Below are positions 56,782-64,000 of a DNA stretch of 64,000 nt, in pieces (the first letter of the stretch is position 1; every line of letters begins with the position of its first letter). The stretch spans positions 174,034,001 through 174,098,000 of the forward strand of contig OZ024743.1 in assembly GCA_964016885.1 (NCBI GenBank). Reading direction: 5' to 3'. This stretch comes from Eledone cirrhosa (taxonomy: Eukaryota). Made by a program: the position numbers and the translations under genes. The notes below the pieces were generated by a model. The model had not been told where the DNA came from. It did no database searches and worked only from the letters and a program-made list of their open reading frames with translations.

Positions 56782-56901
56782 CTTTGTATGTGAAGAGGAG
56801 AAGTCACCCCCCATCCCCCCATTTGAATATTATATATAATTGAATGAAAACATTGAGGGAAGGATAAGGAAGATTATGGTGGCTTTCCCAGGCTCCTTAA
56901 C

Positions 56902-57000
56902 CATCATCACCACCATTAGCAACAACAGCAGCACCGTAATTATCATCACTAACATCATCATTAGCATCACCATCAACAGTAGTATAATCATCATCATCAT
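56902..57000. repeat. degenerate (CAT/CAC/CAG)n trinucleotide microsatellite
   Basis: CATCATCACCACCATTAGCAACAACAGCAGCACC...ATCATCATCATCAT. Confidence 0.85.
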
Positions 57001-57258
57001 AACATTAACATTTCTTCTCTCTATTCCTGGCCCCTAATTCTGTCACAGGTTCTATATTAATACTTTCACTCTGTCTCTTTACCTATCTTGCCCCTCCACC
57101 CCCAACCATTAGTTGTCATTTCCTTTGTAGTGCTCCCTAATATAATTGAGAGGATGTGTTAAATAAGGATTTCCTTTTAGTTAGGGAAGTGGTAGAGCCC
57201 TTCCTGGCATCTTCCATCTGTTGGTTCTTCTTTACTGTTTTTTAGCCTTTGGCAAAAT

Positions 57259-57466
57259 TTAACCCTTTCCTGACCATATTTCTAATGAAATACACCCTAA
57301 TTCTCTTAATGAAGAATTTACTAAAATTATTAATTATTTCATTACTAAGATAGTAATCCAGCATATGGTTCTTATATAAAATTATGTCGGAAGATTTTAA
57401 TTTAAAATGGATGTTTTGGTTTCACAGAACCAGAGCTGGTTTTAGTTGGGTTCATGCGAGGGTTAA
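57259..57466 (-). mobile_element. piggyBac-like MITE, copy 2 (complete, TTAA-flanked)
   Basis: TTAA|CCCTTTCC...GCGAGGG|TTAA. CCC/GGG termini with a TTAA duplication are the piggyBac signature. Homologous to copies 1 and 3 in the opposite orientation. Confidence 0.8.
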
Positions 57467-57500
57467 GTTATATAACACCAGGTAACACAGTTTTTACTGT

Positions 57501-57755
57501 CTTATATTTAGGCATGTGGTTAGAATATTTCAGGAAAGAATAGCTGGACAGATTTTACAAGCAAAACCAACTGGCAGGAGACCTTGGGGTAAACACCAAG
57601 CAAGATGGTTGGATAACATCCATGAGCTTGACTGGTCTCGCTTGGGGATGCAGCCGGATCAACTGGAGATGGTTGCTTCTGACAGGACCCGCTGGAAGGG
57701 CTATTTGAGGACTCTGCCCCCATGACCCTCTCAGGAATAAGTGGGCGAAGAAGAT
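57501..57755 (+). mobile_element. RTE-clade (Rex3/Expander-like) LINE 3' remnant
   Basis: Translates LIFRHVVRIFQERIAGQILQAKPTGRRPWGKHQARWLDNIHELDWSRLGMQPDQLEMVASDRTRWKGYLRTLPP*PSQE*. This matches the RTE ORF C-terminal pattern GHVxRM...GxRPRGRPxxRWxD...LG...AxDRxxW...LPP, with decayed residues and a premature stop. Confidence 0.88.
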
Positions 57756-57876
57756 ATTTGAGGCTTGTATTTTGGTGAATTTCAGAGTTCTGTACTCCAA
57801 AATCATTTTTTTTTCTTTTTCATATCATAATCATCATTTATTCTGCAACATCCACCCATTTTAAAATAATCACTTA

Positions 57877-58247
57877 TAATGTACTTGTGTATATGAATCG
57901 TTGTAATAAAGTACTTGTGTATATGAACCACTGTAATAAAGTACTTGTGTATATGAGTCACTGTAATAAAATACTTGTGTACATGAACCACTGTAATAAA
58001 GTACTTGTGTATATGGACTGCTGTAATAAAGTACTTGTGTATATGAGTCACTGTAATAAAATACTTGTGTACATGAACCACTGTAATAAAGTACTTGTGT
58101 ATATGAACCACTGTAATAAAGTACTTGTGTATATGAACCACTGTAATAAAGTATTTGTGTATATGAGTCACTGTAATAAAATACTTGTGTATATGAACCA
58201 CTGTAATAAAGTACTTGTGTATATGGACTGCCGTAATGTACTTGTGT
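57877..58247. repeat. 30-bp minisatellite (about 12 copies)
   Basis: Unit CTGTAATAAAGTACTTGTGTATATGAACCA with recurrent variants ending GAGTCA and GGACTG. Confidence 0.97.
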
Positions 58248-58322
58248 GAGTTTAACTTTCATTCGTTATGATGATTAGTGTTGCATTTGTTTGACCAATG
58301 GAACAACTTGCTTGTGAAATTA

Positions 58323-58432
58323 CTGTGCAAGTGGCTGAGCATTCCACAGACACGGATACCCTTAACATAGTTCTCAGGGAGATTCAGTGTGACAAAGTGT
58401 ATTACAAGGCTGGCCCTCAGAATTACAGGTAC
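58323..58432 (-). mobile_element. partial SINE (3' portion), same family as the adjacent copy
   Basis: Diverged direct repeat of 58449-58551; both share ACCCTTAACATAGTTCTCAGGGAGATT, AAGTGGCTGA and TTACAGGTAC. Confidence 0.7.
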
Positions 58433-58448
58433 AGTCCGTATTGTATTA

Positions 58449-58667
58449 TTGTGTAAGTGGCTGAATATTCCACAAGGATATGTACCCTTAACATAGTTCT
58501 CAGGGAGATTGTGTGGCACAATGTATTGCAAGATTGTCCCTTTACAGGTACTGTTCAATATCCCAGCTAAATAGACACTGGAGCACCATTAAATACAATG
58601 TCTCACTGAAGGAGACAATACATTACCGGGAATCAACCTCACAACCTCACAGTCACAAGCCAAACAT
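58449..58667 (-). mobile_element. old, near full-length CORE-type SINE (octopus OR2-like)
   Basis: Reverse complement of 58563-58660 (…AGGTTGTGAGGTTGATTCCC…TTGTCTCCTTCAGTGAGACATTGTATTT…TGCTCCAGT…TTTAGCTG) aligns with the head and CORE of the SINE at 59459-59560. Confidence 0.7.
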
Positions 58668-58884
58668 TTTGGTGACATGGAAGTTAGACATATTTTCTGG
58701 TGTATTTGGAACTCTGCTGTCAAATATACCAGTCAGTTTCATCCTATCAACTCTAGTTTTTAACATACAGCATAGCCCTTTATATGCTCATGTTGAAAAT
58801 AGGGACCCCAGTAGCACCTTATATTTTGACCCCTTGAAATTTAGATCTATTTTTCAATATTTTTGAAATGTTGATTAACTCTAA

Positions 58885-59145
58885 TTAACCCTTCTGACAT
58901 CAAACCCCCTGAAACTGTCCCTGGTTCTATCATGCAAAGTTGTTTATTTTAAATGTTTGTATTTATCTAAAAAAAACCTTCCATCATAATTTTATGTAAG
59001 AACCTTTGTTAACCCATGTCCCAAACACCAACATAATAAGGAAGTTAGTTATATTACAAAATCCCTCCAAATTCTTGATTATTTTCAATATTATTTGAAA
59101 ATCACACTCAGTCTTTCCCTGGGAATATCGTAACAGAAGGATTAA
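58885..59145 (+). mobile_element. piggyBac-like MITE, copy 3 (complete, TTAA-flanked)
   Basis: TTAA|CCCTTCTG...CAGAAGGA|TTAA short TIR with a TTAA duplication. Internal CTGGTTCTAT, CTTCCA, CATAATTTTAT(G)TAAGAAC and AAATTCTT are shared with copy 1. Confidence 0.75.
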
Positions 59146-59328
59146 ATCATGATCTACTGTTTTGATATAGAAATAATGTTATTGCTATTAAAACAACATA
59201 TTATTAAATAAGCATGTATGTATACACTCACACATTGATGTATAATATATACAGCTATAATGTGTGTATGTTAATATATATGATTTAGTGTAGGTACATA
59301 CACACATAGAAATCTTTCTAAAACTGTT

Positions 59329-59337
59329 GATGTGTAT

Positions 59338-59381
<44 letters not shown>

Positions 59382-59447
59382 GTATATATACACATACTCA
59401 TACACATATGTATAGTCACACACACACACACACATATATATAAATAT
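59329..59447. repeat. compound (TG)/(TA)n/(CA)n microsatellite
   Basis: Direct dinucleotide runs. Confidence 0.95.
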
Positions 59448-59448
59448 A

Positions 59449-59766
59449 GGCACATGGCCTTGCAATCGAAAGGTTGTGAGTTCAATTCTCAGACCGAGTG
59501 ATGTGTTGTGTCCTTGAGCAAGACACTTTATTTCACATTGCTCCAGTTTACTCAGCTGTAGAAATGAGATGATAGGGACTGGGGTCCATATCATTCCACT
59601 GCGAAGTGGTCGTGGAGGTGCCATGGCAAAAAAGCACCCAGCACTCACTGTAAATGAGGTTGGTGTTAGGAAGGGCATCCAGCTGTAGAAATCAAGCCAG
59701 AATCAGTTCCCGTCCCAGCCTTGCAAGCAGGGAAACAGCGGACGTAAAATGAAATGATGATGATGA
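59449..59766 (+). mobile_element. tRNA-derived CORE-type SINE with (TGA)n tail, possibly chimeric
   Basis: B-box-like GAGTTCAATTC (59478-59488). 59508-59568 GTGTCCTTGAGCAAGACACTT...CCAGTTTACTCAGCTGTAGAAATGAG resembles the MIR/CORE domain. The 3' part has GTTAGGAAGGGCATCCAGCTGTAGAAA and ends GGACGTAAAATGAAATGATGATGATGA. Confidence 0.8.
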
Positions 59767-59832
59767 TATATATATATATATATTGACTGAGTGATGTATA
59801 TATACACACACATACATATATATATATACACA
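59766..59832. repeat. (TA)n/(CA)n microsatellite
   Basis: Direct dinucleotide runs. Confidence 0.9.
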
Positions 59833-60034
59833 TTTTATCTGATGAAAGCGTACTAAAGTTTTTTTTGGTACCCTTGAAATATATATAATAGAATAAATAT
59901 GGTTTTATAAATATAGTTTCCATTTATTTAATATCATTGAATATTTACTCCAGAAAATTGTCGAGTGCTCTGAATCAGTTATAAACATTTATATTTTTTG
60001 TATTTCCAACAAATTAAATATCTCTTCTACTTAC

Positions 60035-60040
<6 letters not shown>

Positions 60041-60076
<36 letters not shown>

Positions 60077-60084
60077 CCACACAC
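60041..60084. repeat. (TA)n(CA)n microsatellite
   Basis: Direct dinucleotide runs. Confidence 0.95.
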
Positions 60085-60528
60085 GCATTCAACACAGAGT
60101 AGAAAGTTTGGCAACAGGTCAGTGACTTCAGTATACAAGAGTAATGACATGCGTAAATGTAAATGTGGTGGTAGGGAGAGAGTGTAGACGTTATTGTGGT
60201 GGTGGGGTGGGGGGGGGGGCAGTGAAATGTATCTAGTTTATATATATATATAATATATAAGATCAAAAGATGGTTAAAAGAGTTCCATGTATTTTATTAT
60301 GCGCATTTCAAAACAAATATCATCATGCAATAACATTTGCGTTTTCGTCAGATAAAATAGGGAGACATGATATGAAGGTTAAAAAACACTTGTGAATAGT
60401 GCAGTTTTAAATCAACATATGAAAAGTAGTTTTAGATTGATGTGTGATATTGGGAAAAAATTGAGGGGGGTGGGTGGAAAGGATGAAAAAGAGGAGGAGA
60501 TGAGAGTAAAAAGTGGAGGGGGAGGAGT

Positions 60529-61594
60529 ATAATAAGGAAGGATGATATAGGAGGAGAGATGGGTGATAGAGAGAGAGAGAGATAGCTTTTATAACTGAGA
60601 AAAATATATTGTTTTACATAGAGAGGTTGAAAAACCGTTGGAAGATAATATATATACTTGAACAGTTCTCTATCCAAGACATGCAATTCTGTTTATGTGA
60701 AAAATTTACCATTATATCTAATTTAGATTCTATAATAAATAGACGCACTGACTTGTTTTCTCTGTGCTTGCATAAATTCCACAGAACATTCCATAAAGTA
60801 TACAGCTAATATCTAATACTTTATCAATTTAAAATCCTTTTTTCAATGGCACATATATATATATATACATATATTTCTTTAAAAATATACCCATCTTTCT
60901 ACCTTATTTCAATGTTATTTATTATACATTATATAATACTAGTTACTCATTCTATATCACTCCTATTTATCACTTCCCTTTCTTTCTTTTTTCCTTTTTT
61001 CTTTTCTTTTAATTTCTAACCTCTAATCTGTACCTTTTCTTCCTAGATACTTCTCAATTCTCATTATTACTCAGCACAATATATCCTTACTTCATAATAT
61101 CACCTTGAAAAAATCCTTCGTAAACATAAACATTTTTTTGACGTTAGATTATTCATCCTCAATTCATTATTTTTTTCTCCCTTTCATGCTCATCTAACTT
61201 ATACATATTACACTTAATCATCCACTCTTCTACTTCTTTTCACAATATATCCTTAATTACATTACTATTGTTATATTTTTATATTTTTTAATAATACATA
61301 TCAACAATTTCTTTCCATCGCACATATTATTAAACCCTTAAATATTATTCTTAATACATATTAACAATTTCTTTTCATTGCACATATTATTAAACCCTTC
61401 AATATACAAACCTTAATTTAACATTATTCTAAAATTTTTCTCTTCGTTAATTTTCAAATTCTTTTAATTTATATATTATCTTCCAACGGTTTTTTTAACC
61501 TCTCTATGTAAAACAATATATTTTTCTCAGTTATAAAAGCTATATCTCTCTCTCTATCACCCATCTCTCCTCCTATCTCATCCTTCCTTATTAT
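60529..61594. repeat. long inverted repeat: arms 60529-60654 and 61470-61594 (about 125 bp), spacer about 815 bp
   Basis: ATAATAAGGAAGGATGATATAGGAGGAGAGATGGGTGATAGAGA...CCGTTGGAAGATAATATATA is the near-perfect reverse complement of TATATATTATCTTCCAACGG...CATCCTTCCTTATTAT. Confidence 0.92.
61292..61405. repeat. 60-bp tandem duplication (2 copies)
   Basis: TAATACATATYAACAATTTCTTTYCATYGCACATATTATTAAACCCTTMAATAT at 61292 and 61352. Confidence 0.9.
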
Positions 61595-61879
61595 CTCTCT
61601 TTGGCGTTACTAAAGGAAGTTTGTAAGCATGTATGTAGTTTTATTGAATTTTAAGGGGAGTAGAGATAGGTATTCAGATTCTATTAGCGGGGTAAAGCGT
61701 CATGTATTTAGTTTTATCAATTATTTCCGTAATTGTGGGTGAGTTTGAATGAAATAAATAGTCGTTGACATTTAAAACATTCTTACAGACTTTGAGTAGA
61801 ATCGGTTTGAAATTGTACAAATGTATAAACATTGAACATGCACACACACACACAACAACAATAATCTGCCTTTTATAGA
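61595..61879 (-). mobile_element. 5' portion of a second non-autonomous Helitron copy (left boundary uncertain)
   Basis: About 285 bp direct homology to 62570-62868, including the A|TCTATAAAAGGCAGATT 5' terminus on the minus strand and the (TG)n tract. Confidence 0.72.
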
Positions 61880-61882
61880 TAA

Positions 61883-62868
61883 CTAGCATTAAAGCCCGGC
61901 GTTGCTCGGGGTCAGTAAGTTACCAAAGTTAGGTTGCACCACCAATTTTATGGCAGCACTTTTTTGTCTGCCAGGCACTGGGTGAATGAATTGCAGACCT
62001 GGACTGCCGAAGCAGGAGCTGCGCCAGCAATGACAATTGTAGTTTCGCCTATGGATATTATCTCTGTGCAAAGAAGTGTTGAAATTTATTGTTTCACAGT
62101 ACTTGCGCAACACGCGCGTAGACGATGCCAGCCGAACAACAGAGCTGCGATGGAGTTGTTCTGCATGGTTGTCTAATGTGTGTTTCCTAAATTTAAGACA
62201 GTAGGGAGTGGTGTGATATGGGGGAGAGTTAGCTGCTGTTTCTAGCAGGTTTAGTGACCTCATAGAGGATATGTTTTCTAAATTTAAGACAGTAGGGAGT
62301 GGTGTGATATGGGGGAGAGTTAGCTGCTGTTTCTAGCAGGTTTAGTGACCTCATAGAGTATATTATTGTGTATAGTAAATAAACTGATACTTCTTTCTTC
62401 CACGTTCGTTGAGAGGTTTTAAAAAAGATTTATCGCTATTTTTTTTGTTGTTGAATAAATTTATCTGTTGCTTTTGAATAATTGTTGTTTCGTATGAAAT
62501 GTAATAAGTTCTCTTTGTCATTGAAGTAAATAAATGTTTGACCGTTCCACACTCAAAAACAAACGTTCTCTCTCTTCGGCGTTCTTAAAGGAAGTTTGTA
62601 AGCATGCATGTAGTTTTATTGAATTTTAAGGGTAGTAGAGAGAGGTATTCAGATTTTATTAGAGAGGTAAAGCGTCATGTATTTAGTTTTATCGATTATT
62701 TCCGTAATTGTGGGGGAGGTTGAATGAAATAAATAGTCGTTGACCTAAGTTAGACCATTTACAATATTCTTACAGACTTTGAGTCGAATCGGTTTGAAAT
62801 TGTGCAAATGTATAAACATGGAACATGCACACACACACACACAACAACTACAATCTGCCTTTTATAGA
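61883..62868 (-). mobile_element. complete non-autonomous Helitron (986 bp)
   Basis: Minus strand begins A|TC at 62868 and ends CTAG|T at 61883. A GC hairpin CCCGAGCAACGCCGGG (61910-61895) lies 12 nt from the 3' end. No TSD. These are canonical Helitron termini and an A^T target. No Rep/helicase ORF. Confidence 0.82.
62181..62358. repeat. 91-bp-period tandem duplication inside the Helitron
   Basis: 62181-62267 and 62272-62358 are identical except for one base (…CTAAATTTAAGACAGTAGGGAGTGGTGTGATATGGGGGAGAGTTAGCTGCTGTTTCTAGCAGGTTTAGTGACCTCATAGAG). Confidence 0.95.
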
Positions 62869-62994
62869 TAATGATGATGATGATACATATATATATATGT
62901 TTCTATGTCTTTTTCTTTTTCTTTTCTTATATAAATAATGAAAATCTTTACACGCACAAAACCCACAAAATCGTACCGTCCTGTGTCGTCTGTA

Positions 62995-63065
62995 ATGTTT
63001 TTCTTGATGTCAGCCCTTGTGACCAATAAAGAAATCATTAATTATTATTTTTTTATTATCAATTA

Positions 63066-63104
<39 letters not shown>
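62995..63104 (+). repeat. probable SINE 3' tail followed by an (ATT)n microsatellite
   Basis: GATGTCAGCCCTTGTGACCAATAAAGAAATC then a long (ATT)n run. The microsatellite is seen directly; the SINE-tail assignment is from recall. Confidence 0.65.
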
Positions 63105-63296
63105 GAAGGTGGATTGGTAGTATCGGTAGAAGGTCGGACGCCATGCTTTGACGCATAGAGTTACGGCCCTTGCCATTCTGATATCAAATCCCGCCGAGGT
63201 TAACTTTGCCTTTCATCCTTACGGGGTCGATAAAATAAAGTACCAGTAATACACTGGGTATTTGCTGGCCTTGTGCTAAAAGTAGAAACAATTATT
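63105..63296 (+). mobile_element. tRNA-derived SINE, full-length and diverged
   Basis: Degenerate A/B-box head (TGGTAGTATCGGTAG; GATATCAAATCCC), central AACTTTGCCTTTCATCCTTACGGGGTCGATAAAATAAAGTACCAG, and an AGAAACAATTATT tail. A second copy lies at 56330. Confidence 0.78.
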
Positions 63297-63360
63297 GAAG
63301 GTGGAGCCACGCTTCTTATCGTTTCCAGTTTTTTTCAACAGTTTACCTTGTTTTCAACCG

Positions 63361-63475
63361 TTCTAAACCTTTTATTCAAGTTTTAAACTTGATAAAAGTT
63401 TAGAAGAAGTGACCCACATAATACAGGGGTTCACTCGTAAATAATACGGCACCACATTACGGGGTGCCGTATTAT
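63361..63475. other. two adjacent hairpin/palindromic sequences
   Basis: 63361-63405 is an imperfect 45-bp palindrome. 63441-63475 has perfect 13-bp arms ATAATACGGCACC/GGTGCCGTATTAT with a 9-nt loop. Confidence 0.8.
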
Positions 63476-63786
63476 GTAAAAATAGTTTGGGAAATTGGTA
63501 TCGGTGTACATGCAACATAATATAAAAGACAGTAAATACCGGTGTGTGTGTGGTAATAAAGTTTTTACTTCATGGAAGTCAAAGGCATTAAATATAAGGA
63601 TTTGTTACCCGATGGTCATAATACAAGGCTGAAGTTGGTAGAGACATCTTAGGCTCTCATCTCAGGCTGCACGTTGCATTGAGCTTGGTAACGAAAGGGT
63701 CGTCAAGAAGGAATCACAAGCTAAGGTCGAAGGTGTTACCACTTCAGGAATCAGGAGGCGAGAGAGAGATTTCGTGGTAAACCGCT

Positions 63787-63979
63787 CCTTTTATATCTGT
63801 TGACCGGAAGTGACCACCAGGGAGTCTGTCAATCCCAAAGGGAAGCAACTCCACCTACTTCCTGTCTAGAGAGCGGTGATGAGATTGTCATGGCAAGGGA
63901 AGCAACTCTTACTACATTATCACCCGCCAGATTTTTAAAACATAAAAATCGAAAGAAGCATGCATGGAGTAAGATGGCG
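63787..63979. promoter_or_regulatory. possible promoter- or LTR-like motif cluster
   Basis: Minus-strand ATATAAAAGG (63796-63787), ETS-like CCGGAAGTG (63804-63812) and ACTTCCTG (63857-63864), and YY1-like AAGATGGCG (63971-63979), in a GC/CpG-richer segment. Motif matches only. Confidence 0.3.
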
Positions 63980-64000
63980 AGCATGTAAGAGGCATGAAAA

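Noticed and set aside
57803-58262. His/Tyr-rich repetitive ORFs (VHIHKYFIT, YTQVLYYS, MNHCNKVLVY)
   Set aside because: Three frames are open simply because the 30-bp unit is a multiple of 3. No zinc-finger spacing or splice context.
59449-59500. Functional tRNA gene
   Set aside because: B-box only; the A-box region is deleted and the sequence runs into a CORE domain, so it is a SINE head.
60657-60806. Minus-strand frame LYTLWNVLWNLCKHRENKSVRLFIIESK... as an L1/Tx1 ORF2 C-terminus
   Set aside because: Only a vague resemblance, preceded by a stop, with no supporting upstream motifs. A blastx search would be needed.
58259-63120. Remaining 60-135 aa ORFs in the flank
   Set aside because: They overlap SINEs, microsatellites or low-complexity DNA (YIYIY, LLLL, CVCV runs) and have no recognisable domains.

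Overview
Eukaryotic (animal) genomic DNA. The SINE/MITE repertoire and the AT-rich, microsatellite-dense flank suggest an octopus or other cephalopod; this is inference from recalled repeat families, not a database result. Bases 1-55814 are one uninterrupted head-to-tail array of a 59-bp monomer (TACTACAGACACACACTCAGGGCTAGGGTATGAACCCTCTCTTAGTTGTCCTCCTCCAA, about 945 copies, 49% GC), open at the left window edge. Monomer variants form a readable code that reveals spatial domains and nested higher-order duplications (offsets 350, 760, 881, 2064, 2239, about 3887 and 8471 bp). All ORFs predicted in the array are artefacts of repeat phase. The last 8.2 kb is a transposon patchwork: three TTAA-type (piggyBac-like) MITEs, tRNA/CORE-type SINEs, an RTE LINE 3' remnant, a probable CR1-type 3' end, a complete non-autonomous Helitron abutting a second Helitron end, a 30-bp minisatellite and several inverted repeats. 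The best coding candidate is a 166-nt minus-strand exon (56616-56781). If it is real, its donor points into the array, which would make the satellite the bulk of a giant intron. No prokaryotic systems, CRISPR arrays or structural RNA genes are supported.
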